The notes: generated from the sequence alone by a model not told the origin. 64,000 nt of DNA from Owenia fusiformis (GCA_903813345.2 CAIIXF020000001.1:12214001-12278000), one strand, 5' to 3'. Shown: positions 1 through 13,600, counted from the first letter of the stretch. A program made the numbers and translations.

Positions 1-559
1 TTTTGTGTTTATCTCGGTAATCAAGGGATTATAGTCACTCAAAGTTACTGAGCATCCAGTTTTGAGACTTCAATTGTGTTGGTGAAGTTACTCATATTTC
101 AGTCAAATTCATGCTGAGCACAACATTTTGGTTTCAATTTTATAATCCCTATACATGACCCTGGTGATGAAGAGTCAGATTCAGTCAAAAAACCCAAACC
201 GGAAAACTGTGCTCACCGTGAAAACTAAAAGTGAAGCAACTTTTTTCTGATATTTCTTACATCAAATGGCAGCCATCTTGTTTTTCCCCCTTCAAATTAA
301 ACTGGCGGGAAATTCAAAAATTTGAAAAAAATTTTAATCCTTAAATATATTTCAAAAATATGATTTTCTTTTTAATTCTTCATGGGTCTTAAGTTATTTC
401 TTCTTTGTATGTCATACATGTTGCCATTGGTGTTTTTTTCTATGATAATGACTATTTTTTGTTTGTTAGGCTACTTATTCTGACTCTCAGCAGGGGGCTA
501 ATTATGCATCAAAACTCATGAAAAAGTAAATATACTTATCAAATATAACTAGGACAGTA

Positions 560-817
560 ATAAAAACCATATTTCACATACATTTGACTGAGGGACCAAA
601 AGGGCATATACCCAGACACATCCTTTACCCAGAATGCCCAAAAACTAATCAGTTCTTAACTTTGATACGTAGAAACATTCCAGAAAATTTCAGATGAATC
701 CCTCAAATGGTTTGGCTGGAAACCTGTAGACAAGCTGAAAAGTGAGACGCCGCCCACCCGCCAACCGCCCGCCCATCAAGCTGACGACAATATCGTACCT
801 TTATTAGGTACAATAAA
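560..817 (+). mobile_element. 3' end of another HINE-like element (5' boundary uncertain)
   Basis: (CCCG/CCAA) microsatellite at 748-775 followed by hairpin ATCGTACCT-ttatt-AGGTACAAT and an A-run. Confidence 0.45.
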
Positions 818-2398
818 AATCGAACCCCTGGTCACCAAATGCTGGCTAGAATGCCATTGGTCTATACTGATACCCAAAAGTAAGATTTTGCCTTTATAAT
901 CCAGATCCAGAATAATCTTCAGGAACCATAAGAACAGATATCTACCAGGATCTAATAGAATCTGACAAAGACAGCTGAGGCAAATTCTCTGTATAAAATA
1001 TTGGAAAAATAATTCTATGCCTTTTGTAAAATATGTTAAACATTACAGAGTACATGTAGTTGCTATTTGAATGGCATGAGGCTATGTTTATCTTTATAGA
1101 TAATAAATATGTTCTTGTAAACTACATGTACTTTAAACCTATTAGTTCAACTTAAGTTAGTATGTCCTTCCTATTTGATAAATGTGAATCAGTATAATTT
1201 GGCAGCGAGTCATATTGTAAATAAAAAATTCAAAAGTATTGAATGATTATCTGTTGTAAAATTGCTGCAAATCATTTACAAGCATTTCATGTATTGCCTT
1301 GATTCTTTCAGGAACTTTAATTATAAGAAAGCATTTACTTAATATCATGGGATTAATGGATGGATTTTGGCTGCTACATTGATATGTATATTAGATTTAA
1401 AAATTATTGAGCAACCTTATTTACTGACAAAACTATAGAGATAACAGGTATATGTTCATGTTTTATCATTCCACGATATATAAGGTAGGTCATATTATCT
1501 TTGCATCATTTTGTACATTGTCTAAACACATACTGAACATTAGACAAAAAGTGAACTCTAGCCCAGGACAGTGTATTTGAAATTGAACTTTTGAAAGCTC
1601 CAGTATTTATCGTGGCAAGTCACTGGACAAAATCATTAGGGATTTTTAAAAAATTGGTGGAGATTTAATTTTGGCAGGTTTTATCAATCTACCAACTTAA
1701 AACAGTAATCAAATGATAGTTTACAGTACAAAACTTCAATTTAACATTTTTTATCAGGTTTGAGATTTTAAAAGACCTTTCTAATAAGCTCCACCTTTTG
1801 GTGCATCGAAGAAGTTTGGATATATTTGTCAGATTGTTGATGTCATTGTCAAAAGGTAGCAAACAAAAATAGGCTTAACTTGTTGCTAATTTTGAAATCA
1901 TCAATCTAGCCGATATGATATCATAGCTTCTCGGATGTACCAAAATATGATAGGTTTATTGGAAAGGTCTAGTTTTATTCAAAAGTGTGTTCTCTAGGTC
2001 AGGTTGAGTCATAGACCCAATATTATAAAATCATGAAAAGTGAAAAAGTGAAATATCCTTTCTTGTTCTTAACCGTTTGACTGTCAAGCCTGGTTTTCAC
2101 TCATTTCACCTCAAATGCCAACATTTGGTGAGAAATAGTATAATTGTTCCATTGCATCTATGTTCTGGGGAATTGACTTTAGGAGTTACCATCAATAAAT
2201 CACAGTAATGTAGAAATCATTCACTATAATGAAAGATGGACAAATAAATAATACCCATACATTTCTGATCCAAGATATCTATTGCTGCTTTTCATATAAT
2301 ATTGTATCTTTTCAAGGACATAGCTGAACCATGCATGAGCAAAGACACATGCAGTGATATAAGAATCAATGAACTGACCGCTGTTGAAGAAAATCACA

Positions 2399-3253
2399 AT
2401 GGCCCTATTACAACAGAGCCCTGAGCTAAAGCCCCAAACATATGCAGAGAAACCAAAGATGGGACTTGTACATCAAACTGGAACTAATACAGCACAACCT
2501 TTAACTTTAATCCAACAAAAGGATTCTAACTCAAACTGCAACGATTCAAAATTGATTTGGCGTCATTACTTCACATATAAATTGAGCATCGTTATCTGCA
2601 CTGCTGGAATACTCATGTTCATTCTGAATATGCTTAATTTAGCACTGGGTGTTCGATTCTATAACACCACTAGATTATTGGCCAGTATATTCATGACAAT
2701 CACTGGTGGATTAGGTGTGGATGCAGCGACAAAAAGATCAAGGGGACTTAAAATCTGTCTTATCATCATGTGCATTCTATTATCTATCACTAGCTTCATG
2801 GTGTTCAACAGTCACGTGTGTTTGAACCTTGCGGCAACTTGTAAAGCATCACACTATCAACCATTTGTCAGTACTTACGATTACCACACTATCTTCATGA
2901 ACAATTGGGAATTAGACAATCAACCTTTTTGGTCAAACCTTGCTTATGATGCACGTGGGTACATCAAAGGCTACAACTGTACCCATCCTTTTAAGACAGT
3001 ACATGGTGTGTATTGCCAGCCATACAGAAATGCTGGTGGAACATATGAGACATATGCATACATTCAGAGACAATATAGTACAGATTATATACAGACTGTA
3101 AAAATTGTTCTGAATAAGTTGCAGGCATGGATTGCTTTGGGGGTTTGTGTGTGTTCTCTTGTGCATGTTGTCTTGTGCAGTGTGTTCTCTTGTGCAGTGT
3201 GCACTGACATACTGTGTGTTGGTTTAGAGAATGTACACAACCAAGTCTGCTAG
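2399..3253 (+). CDS. Intronless four-transmembrane protein, MS4A/CD20-like (tetraspan), with a long Cys-containing second loop
   Basis: Open frame 2384-3253, first ATG at 2399. Four hydrophobic segments (YKLSIVICTAGILMFILNMLNLAL; LLASIFMTITGGLGVDA; GLKICLIIMCILLSITSFMVF; WIALGVCVCSLVHVVLCSVFSC). The TM2-TM3 pattern 'ITGGLGV..A.KRSRGL' resembles the MS4A/CD20 family; family call by pattern only. Confidence 0.65.
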   Translation: MALLQQSPELKPQTYAEKPKMGLVHQTGTNTAQPLTLIQQKDSNSNCNDSKLIWRHYFTYKLSIVICTAGILMFILNMLNLALGVRFYNTTRLLASIFMTITGGLGVDAATKRSRGLKICLIIMCILLSITSFMVFNSHVCLNLAATCKASHYQPFVSTYDYHTIFMNNWELDNQPFWSNLAYDARGYIKGYNCTHPFKTVHGVYCQPYRNAGGTYETYAYIQRQYSTDYIQTVKIVLNKLQAWIALGVCVCSLVHVVLCSVFSCAVCTDILCVGLENVHNQVC

Positions 3254-3412
3254 TAGACAAGATCAAAATCAAAATTTGAGTGAATGTATTTTAGTGAAGG
3301 ATAAAGACATTTTCTTTCTCCCGCTAGTTTGTATAATCGCCATTCCATGTCTGTTTCTGCATCATGAAAGTGGGCTATGAACTTTTCTTCGAAAACAATT
3401 CCTCTATTAATT

Positions 3413-4413
3413 AGGGTGTCCAAAAAAAAACAGGACCGTAAGAAAGTTGAATAACTAGGTCAATTTTGCATATTTTGCCTTGAAATTGAACCACTTTAGA
3501 ATTATTTAGTTCATTCATTGTGAATTTTGTTCTGAAAGTTTGATGATAATCTGTTCATTGTGTCAAAAACTACAGTCCTTTACAAAACATGCTCAAAGTG
3601 GGCACTTCTCTCTATGCACAAACGAATCATGTGAACAAAGTTGTTAATGACCCTGACCTATACACATTAATGTGGATGGTAAATATTGGGGTAGTTATTG
3701 CCCTCTTAAGATTGTTAGGGGCCTGTCAGTATACTCATTGGCTTTGAGAAATCCTCAAAGATAAAAATTTGGGGGATTAAGATGAGGCAAATGAGGTGCC
3801 CATATGGTTTGCGTTCTGCAACTGATGAGCTGACCACCAAAGCATTGCCTAAACCATTTCAGCATATCATTTGCAGTGTGGGGGTGGTATTGGCTTGTTG
3901 AAACCACTGCTTAATTATCTCCTTAGATGTCCCTTCTGGTGCTTAGTGACCTCCAAAACAAACTTGGTGAGAACTTACTGGTCCTTGTTCATGGTGATAG
4001 CACGTCCCCAGTAACCTTCGAACCAAAAGGGACTGATGATTCAATGTTTCCTCATTGCCACCCAGGCAGTGCATTGTTCAGAATGCAATGGATGCTGTAA
4101 CACTTCATCAGGAGGATGTAAGCTCCAGTAGCAATTGTTCTTTGAACAAACTTGTCCATTCAGAAAGACATGTGTGTAGGAGGATCATCAACAACTTTGT
4201 TCGCCGGATTGAATTGAGCATAGAGATGAGAGGTGCACATTTGAGGCATGTTTTGTAAGGAGCTGTAGTTTTTGACTCAATTGATTATTATCAAACTTTC
4301 ACAACAAAATTCACATTGAATGAACTAAATAATTCTGAAATTTCAAGGCAAAATATGCAAAATTGACCGAGTTATTCAACTTTCTTACGGTCCTGTTTTT
4401 TTTGGACACCCTT
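3413..4413 (-). mobile_element. Fossil Tc1/mariner, DD41D (rosa/long-TIR-like), ~200-bp TIRs, decayed transposase
   Basis: TIRs start AGGGTGTCCAAAAAAAA(A)CAGGACCGTAAGAAAG and align over ~200 bp. Minus-strand remnant IISPFWFE ... QWFQQANTTPHTA ... WAPHLPHLNPPNFYL*GFLK has 41 residues between the two degenerate catalytic Asp positions. Confidence 0.85.
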
Positions 4414-4516
4414 GTATGTAGATAATATGTTATATGATGCTCGTAAAACATGTTATGATTATTACTTTATACACTGTACTTTTATACACTGTACATGTTT
4501 TGTCCCTATTACATAT

Positions 4517-4645
4517 TTACCTTTCTTCATCATCTTCCTCTTCACTGTCACTATCAAAGAGGGCAGCAAACTCCTTACGGTCTTCATCATCCGCCTTCTT
4601 AGGTCCTCTGTCTCGTATAATAGTTGGCAGTTCAGTATCTTCCAG
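4517..4645 (-). CDS. NOC2L: NOC2L exon 15 (last exon seen in the window)
   Basis: [10 protein letters not shown]...[23 protein letters not shown], then AGG TAA, which is also a possible AG|gtaaat donor at 4520. Confidence 0.88.
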   Translation of the reverse strand: MEDTELPTIIRDRGPKKADDEDRKEFAALFDSDSEEEDDEER

Positions 4646-7600
4646 CTGAAAAAATATATTGTTGTTTTGTATTTTGTTTCCAACCAATGAAGGTGAGTAT
4701 ACCTCTTGGTTATATTTCCTCTATTGTATGGTCAAGTCCCGTATGTTACCATGAATGATATATAGGAGCTTACTTTGGTTGAAATATTAATTTTAATTTG
4801 AAGATGGTCTGGGATTATATCATCATGTGACAATTACAAATAAAAAATATATATAATTTCTGAAAAGCATTCCTAGGCATACCTCAAGATTTTAGTTACC
4901 AAAAATTGACTCTTCATTGTTATTTTGGTATTGAGCTCGTAGATATCAATAAAGAAAACCAATCAAAATGCTGGAAATATATTCTTGTCCAAAACACAAA
5001 ACTTACCCTCTCTTTGCCTGAAATGTTATGTTGTAACTCTCTGTCTCTAAGCTTCCTCCAGGTGGCGAAGTATTTGCTTATTGGAGTGCCCTCTATCTTG
5101 CTTTTGATTGACCAGTCATCCTGTTAATACATAAATAAATGTATCTTAAATTGGATTAATAGGTGCTTTATTTTGATATTGAGCAATTTAGGAGAATATA
5201 TAATAATTAAAATCTTTGACAAAATAAAACAATTTTCCTGGAGCAATTTCATTCAGCGCCAATGTCAAATATTCAACTGTCTGAACTTATGTTCATACTA
5301 ACACTATGTGAGTTTCAAGACCACTATTTCTCAAGCAATATACAGTATAACAATATGTTACATGCGTTGGATGCCAGACCCAAACCACTAAAATATGTTA
5401 AGGCCATAACCACTTTTAAGCTGTAGTATTACAAGAATCTGATTCTTTACAAATACATAAATAAATACTTAAATTACACAACTTTTCAATTACGTGTAGG
5501 CCTATTCAATTAATATGATTTGCTGCAAATCTCAAATTCTTACACATCTTCTTAACACATACCATAGCTCTTAGGTCTCTAATGTTGATGGAAGCTTTTC
5601 TACGTCGCTCAGTAATCACTTTGACAGTTTCATTTATCTTTTCAAGGATCTGTTTTATCTGCCTCGTGTAGTTGGCCACTTTGCACTTCTTCACAAACTC
5701 TTTCAACTGAAATAAGTAAAACAAGCTAAGGACAGGGTCATTAATTTAACGTTTTTTTGTAATTCATAAAATGTATACAAGGCATTAAAATGCAAAATGC
5801 CACTACATGCCATTTGTTACAGACACCAAATGACGAACACTAACCACTAAATGCTGAACACCAACAGCCGAACACCATCCACAAAAAAGAGCAATAACCA
5901 TGCCATCACTTGTAGTGTTGGCAAAATTAAAACTGTGTTCAGAGGAAATCAAAAATTTTCCCAACAAATCTATTGAAGATAGGCCTAGAAGAACGACTTT
6001 TGAACTTGTTTGCAGAGTATGTAAAGCTCTGTCAATATACAAGATCCCTCATTCCATATGCCTGGCTTATATCAATGTCCTAATTGCTGACTAACCTGTA
6101 GTGCTGCCGGAAAGGCATACTCAGGGAAGCCTATAGTGTGTGCATGTATGTTAGCTTATATCAATGTCCTAATTGTTGACTTACCTGCAGTGCTGCTGGA
6201 AAGGCATACTCAGGGAAGCCTATAGTGTGTGCATGTATGTTAGCTTATATCAATGTCCTAATTGTTGACTAAGCTGTAGTGCTGCCGGAAAGGCATACTC
6301 AGGGAAGCCTATAGTGTGTGCATGTATGTTAGCTTATATCAATGTCCTAATTGTTGACTTACCTGCAGTGCTGCTGGAAAGGCATACTCAGGGAAGCCTA
6401 TAGTGTGTGCATGTATGTTAGCTTATATCAATGTCCTAATTGCTGACTAACCTGTAGTGCTGCCGGAAAGGCATACTCAGGGAAGCCTATAGTGTGTGCA
6501 TGTACGTTAAGTTGGTCCATTAACAACTCATACAACTGGTCAATGACTCCATCTCCAAACACTTTCTGGTTCAGCTGTGACTTAGATAGCTTCAGCAGAC
6601 AGGCAAAGTTATATGGTTTGATGCTGATGCTACTATGGCGCTTGTTGAAATTTGTCATTTCAAACACCTGCAGATATAATATAGAAAATTGTTTAAAAAG
6701 CATCACAATTTAAAGGGGAATCTGGTCATTTTTTGCTACACTTATATTATTTTCTGGCTATTTTGGGCTATCTTCATTTTGCCAGTGCATGTTTCTTTTA
6801 TCTATCTACTTAAATGAAAACTATAGGCTATATGAGAGACAAATCACATTTGTAAAAACCACAACATTATGATGATGTAAATCATTTAGTACAACTTTTT
6901 CAAGCCTAATCTAGTTTGAATGCAATCACATATTTATTATTTTTGGAATATTGATGAAACATCCTTAGATTATCTTTAGGTCTATACAAATGTATTACCT
7001 CTAGTATATGAGGCAATACTGGAATGAAGACCCCTGTCCTCTCTGAGAGCTGATTGAGGTACTTAATGCAGTGGAACCGCAGAGGGTAATATCTGGCAGT
7101 GGGGACCAGTCTACAAACATAAGATCAAACATGACATCATCAATTCAGCCAATATATCATAGTTTCTTTGATCTACTACCACCGTCTATTGGCAAGGTCT
7201 ATTGGCTATAAAAACTGAAAAAGCATAGTATTTTACAACTAGGGAAATTTAATAAAAATAGCCAAATGGGCTATAACTGTAATTCCAATCCTAAATAAGC
7301 CTAAAAATAATGAAGTGTAGCTTAACATTTAAATATACTTACTTGATAGTTCCTAGTATGGTCTGTGTGAGAGGGAATATGAGGGGTTGTAGGGTGTCAT
7401 TAGGGTGGGTGGCCCCTAATAGTCTAACCCACAGGCCCACACTGTGGATGAACTGCCAATTATACACTGCTTGGATAGACTCCTACAGACAAACAAGTAT
7501 TTCAGTAATACCAGACCACAATATCTGAGTGGGGGGGGGGGTGCTCTTGTCTTCAAAAAAAATTGTTCTGAGGAAATAAATGACCTGGATATTCTTATCT

Positions 7601-10600
7601 TCAATATCAAGCCACTTTTTGAACCAAAAACTATCTACAGGGTGGGAGGCATTTAGTAAAATATTTACTAGCCTATTTTTCCATTACTTATATTGTCAAT
7701 GACAAATGTAAATAATATAATATTACTATAGGAATTGAAATTACCTTCTTTTTCACCATGATGGCATTTCTCAAGTGTATGGCCAGTTGACGGATGTAGA
7801 CGAATGCATATTCATATGCCACTTTGAAGTTGAGGCTGAACATCTCCACCAGGGAGCGCTGCATGAAGTTAATCAGCGGTAGAATTGTAGGGGACGTGAA
7901 CTTGCAATTCTTCACATATGACATGTACATTTGCTGAAATAAAATAAAACAAGGCATTAACATGACAAAATGTCACCACCTAGTTGCTCACAATATTATG
8001 AGTTCAAACTTAATATAAGTCAGATTTGAATTTCTGAGAACTTGTAAAGTCAAATTTGAACTTCTGAAAAGATGTAGATGATTTTGAAAAAAAAATTTGG
8101 TCAATTTGAAGCAAGTTGAAAACAGACCTTTTTGACCTTTTTTGACCTTGAGAAGGTCATTAAAGGTCAAATGTCAAATCTAAAGTCAGATTTGAATTTC
8201 TGAGAACATGTAGATGATTTTGAAAAAAAAAATTAGTCAATTTGAAGCAAGTTGAAAAAAGACCTTTTTGACCTTTTTTGACCTTGAGAAGGTCAAATGT
8301 CAAATCTAAAGTCAAATCTAAAGTCATATTTGAATTTCTGAGAACATGTAGATGATTTTGAAAAAAAAGTTAGTCAATTTGAAGCAAGATGAAAAAATAC
8401 CTTTTTGACCTTTTTTGACATTGAGAAGGTCATTGAAGGTCAAATGTCAAATCTAAAGTCAGATTTGAATTTCTGAGAACATGTAGATGATTTTGAAAAA
8501 AAAATTTAGTCAATTTGAAGCAAGTTGAAAAAAGACCTTTTTGACCTTTTTTGACCTTGAGAAGGTCATTGAAGGTCAAATGTCAAATCTAAAGTCAGAT
8601 TTGAATTTCTGAGAACATGTAGATGATTTTGAAAAAAAAATTTAGTCAATTTGAAGCAAGTTGAAAAAAGACCTTTTTGACCTTTTTTGACTTTGAGAAG
8701 GTCATTGAAGGTCAAATGTCAAATCTTAAGTCAAATCTTAAGTCAGATTTGAATTTCTGAGAACACGTAGATGATTTTGAAAATTTGTTTTAGTCAATTT
8801 GAAGCAAGTTGAAAACAGACCTTTTTGACCTTTTTTGACCTTGAGAAGGTCATTGAAGGTCAAATGTCAAATCTAAAGTCAGATTTGAATTTCTGAGAAC
8901 ATGTAGATGATTTTGAAAAAAAAATTTAGTCAATTTGAAGCAAGTTGAAAAAAGACCTTTTTGACCTTTTTTGACTTTGAGAAGGTCATTGAAGGTCAAA
9001 TGTCAAATCTTAAGTCAAATCTAAAGTCAGATTTGAATTTCTGAGAACACGTAGATGATTTTGAAAATTTTTTGTAGTCAATTTGAAGCAAGTTGAAAAC
9101 AGACCTTTTTGACCTTTTTTGACCTTGAGAAGGTCATTGAAGGTCAAATGTCAAATCTTAAGTCAGATTTGAATTTCTGAGAACACATAGATGATTTTGA
9201 AAAAAAAATTTAGTCAATTTGAAGCAAGTTGAAAACAGACCTTTTTGACCTTGAGAAGGTCATTGAAGGTCAAATGTCAAATCTAAAGTCAGATTTGAAG
9301 GTCAAATGTCAAATCTAAAGTCAGATTTGAATTTCTGAGAACATGTAGATGATTTTGAAAAAAAATTTAGTCAATGTGAAGCAAGTTGAAAAAAGACCTT
9401 TTTGACCTTGAGAAGGTCATTGAAGGTCAAATGTCAAATCTAAAGTCAGATTTGAACTTCTGAGAACATGTAGATGATTTAGAAAAAAATTGAAGTCAGT
9501 CTAAACAGTATTTGTTAAGTTATAGGAAGTTGTAAGAAATTGTTACAGACGCCAACCGCCGGACGCCAACCACCAACCGCCGGACGCCAACCGCCGTCGC
9601 AAAAAAAACGGAGACCATAACAATATGTCACCACTTTTGGTGGTGACATAATAAAAATGTACACAAGTGGAACAGTTTTTGATCTAATTTTTGGAATTGT
9701 TCATAAGAAAATTTGTTTCTAACATTGATCAAATTAAACTGATCAACAGAAAAGTTAGTTAAGACAGATAATACACTGTAGAGGTCTGTACCTACCTTTA
9801 ACATTGGTTCAAGCAGAGTGTCCTGTCTCAAGCGAACTATTCTATTGATAGACAGGAAAGCTAACACTCTAGTAGACTCCTCTGCAGTACTCCACATCTT
9901 AATAAGCCTCTGAATAACATATTTTAAACGTGTGAAAGAAAATATGATGGAAAGCCTTTGTTTTGGCATTGGGAGTGGATACCCTTAAATAGCTAGCTGT
10001 GATTCTTGGGGCAATTTTGTGATCAACAGTACATAGATTTTGTATTAAATGTGGTGAAATTTGTAAACATGCAAAATGTCACCAGCTTTCATTTGTTAGA
10101 GATGGTGAATGCCAGATACTGCCCACCGAACACCAAATGCCAAACACCATCCACAAAAATGTTGGAGACACTTGTAGTGGTGACATAAAAATAGAAGATT
10201 AAAATATATTCTTATTTTACAAAAATAAAAAATTGAAGATAGACATCATTTCACTCACCTTCAATAAGGATTTAGAAAGCTTTGGGAAGTTATTGTAGAA
10301 TGTGACAAGTTTACTAATATGACGTAAAATCACATTTATCATCTCAGTGACTGATAACTCTGACACCAGCTGAAACATTAAAGAATATAATAATATATAT
10401 CGTTAGACACGCAGTCCAAATACTCTTATTTTATTGGTCAATATATGATCATCCATGGAATTAGTATTGGAAAATTACAAGTCACCAATTGACTGGGTAA
10501 GAGATATAAGGAATCTATTTTCAAATAAAAAGTTCAGTTTGTACATGAAAAGGAAATTAAGAAATGCCAAAATAGTATTTTATCAACATCTGATTATGAT

Positions 10601-13600
10601 AATGCACGTTAGGTAAATCAAGTTTTAAGATTTCTATAGTCCGAATGAAGACCTCAACAAACCTGGATTAAGTCCATTAAGTACACCTTCACATCTTTGC
10701 GAATCTTGCCCCACTTGTTACTTCTGGTTGGTAACACAGGTTTCTTGGCATTTTTCTCTTGCTTTGGTAAGTTGAGTATCCTCAGCCAGGTTGGTAACAA
10801 GTCACTAACACATAGTCGGATAATGCCATTAAACACTAGAACATAAATGAAGGAATGCTTAATGCATATGTGAAACTCAAGTATTATTTATTGCCCATAT
10901 GGCAATACAAATAAGATCCCCTATGTTTAATAGTACGAGACTTACCTGAGCTGTCATCGACTCTGTATTTGGTCACAACAGTGTCATCGCTGCCTGCTTG
11001 GTGTACAGCTGCCTTAAATGCCAGTACCACATCATGTATCACTGCTAGGGAGTTAGCCTGTAAAATAACATTATAAAACCTATGCTGATTGCATAAAATG
11101 ACAGTACTACATCATGTATCACTGATAGGGAGTTAGCCTGTAAAACAAGAACAATGGCAACGCCAAAGCGTAGCGAATCCAATCGAACAGAAATGGCTGG
11201 CATTTTTACAAACGAAATATATAGCAAATATCATAAAATAACACACATAAGAAAGGCCACCATTTTCAAAATGGTTGCTCACTAGCCAAGTTGTCATCAG
11301 AAGAAGTAATATGCTTTTTTTATAGTATTCACATATCAAATATGAACAAAATCGCTCCACCACTTTTCGAGTAACATACTTTAAAATGGTGGCCATTTTT
11401 CAAAATGGCCGCCTTCTACCAAAAGTGTCGTTAGACAGTGTGCCATGCTTATAGTATTCACATACCAAATATGAACAAAATCGCTCCACTACTTTTCAAG
11501 TTACAGCAAAACTCGTAAAATAATGAGTAAAGGCCGAGTAAAATACGTTTAAATGGTGGCCATTTTTCAAAATGGCCGCCTTCTACCAAAAGTGTCATTA
11601 GACAGTGTGCCATGCTTATATAATTCACATACCAAATATGAACAAAATCGCTCCACTACTTTTCGAGTTATAGTAAAATATGTTAAAATGGCGGCAAAAT
11701 GGCCGCCTTCTACCGAAATTGTCATTAGACAGTGTGCCATGCTTATAGTATTCACAAACCAAATATGAACAAAATCGCTCCACTACTTTTTGAGTTATTG
11801 AAAAATATGTTAAAATGGCGGCCATTTTTCAAAATGGCCACCTCCTACCAAAAGTGTCATTAGACAGTGAGCCATACTTATAGTATTCACATACCAAATA
11901 TGAACAAAATCGCTCAACTACTTCTTAAGTTATAGCAAAAATCGTAAAATAACGAGTAAAGGCCGCCATTTTTCAAGATGGCTGCCATGTGCTTCTTTAA
12001 AATCTACATTTCTAGCTTTATCAATGTCCTATATAATTTTTTTACATTTAAAACATATTGCTATTACAGTTTTACATAATGTACCTAAATTACTGTAAAA
12101 TCGGCACTAAAATGGTCGCCATTTTTAAATGAGCGGCCATTTTGAAAATCAACTTTCGAGCAGAACTTCTACCCCCATATGGTATGTGTGTACAAAATAT
12201 GAACAAAATCGGGCCAACGGTATTTGAGTTATTGCCCGGACGGACGGACCGACGTACGTAAGGACGGACGGAGGCGTTCCCTATATCCCTCCAAACTTTG
12301 TTCGATGGGATAATAACATTATTGCTGATTGCCTTAAATGCCTGTACCATATCATGTACAGGCCTGTAGCCAGGGGGGTTCGCAGGGCTCGGGCAAACCA
12401 CCCTGGCCAAAATTTTTTCAAAATCATGCAGTTTTTCACCATTTTGAGCACTTCTCAAGTGATTTTAGCCATATTTGGGCCAAAATTGTCAAATGTGAAC
12501 CCTCCTGGAGATTTTTGAAAACTGAACCCCCTTGGCAAATCCTGCCTACGGGCCTGATGTATTGCTGGTAGGGAGTTAGCCTGTAAAATAACGAGGTGAT
12601 CTTGTAAAATGGGGTGACATAAGTTATTATTGTACTAAGTTGTTTATCACACAACTTGTTCCATATCAAATCAGATTTTTTGCTATAGGAAAACTTTGGC
12701 TGGACCATTGTACTAATTTTGAATTGGACAGGTATGTGATTGTAAGACATCATTCACATGCCTAGTAGGAAAGTAAAGACACTTTTACCTGTAATCCTTT
12801 AGACCATTGGTTGATAAGTTTCATGTTCACTTTGATGAGCTTTTCTGGTTTATCAATTGCTTCCACTTTCTCATCATCTTCTTCATCATCATCATCATCT
12901 GTATCACTTGCATCACTAGCCACCTGTTCAAAAATAAAGCATGTTCACTATTTACATATACAGAATACAGACGATGGACAGAATTTCTCTTAAAAGGACA
13001 GCTGTCACGTCAATTGTGATCTATGTTTGTGACTACATTGCTGCTTCACATGACCCACTGAGAAAGGTATTTACAATCACTTATATATTTCAATGGAATC
13101 AGTGCATCCTCAGCAAGAAGGAAATTTGCCAACTTGAGCTTCAGGCAAAATGTCAATATGTGGCACTGTCTTTTTACTTTTTTGAGCAAAATGCACATTA
13201 CAGTTCACATGTTTTTAGTACTGCTTGTGTACTTACTTTTATGCAGCCCATTTAAAAAGATTCATTAAAGATTGGGATATTTTGTTACTGTAATTTATAT
13301 ATTTTCTAATCCCAATAGATAAATGAGATTTTGCAATAAATTTCCTGTTGATATACTGCAGACTAACCTCTAATTTATCAGGAAGTTGATGCATCCTTCC
13401 TTCCCCATCTTCATCTTCCTCCTCACTGCTTGACTCTTCATCAATTCCCTCATCATCTTCTTCTTCACTATCACTCACATCAAACTTCAACAAGGCATTG
13501 TCCTCATTTCGTAAAAATTCATAGAAATCTGGATCTCGTTCTTTTAGTTTCTCAAGTTGTTCTTTATGCTTCTTGCCTGATGTTATCGGTTTATCTCTAA

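Noticed and set aside
3341-3347. miR-1 7mer-A1 site (CATTCCA) downstream of the MS4A-like stop
   Set aside because: A single 7-mer is expected by chance; no conservation evidence available.
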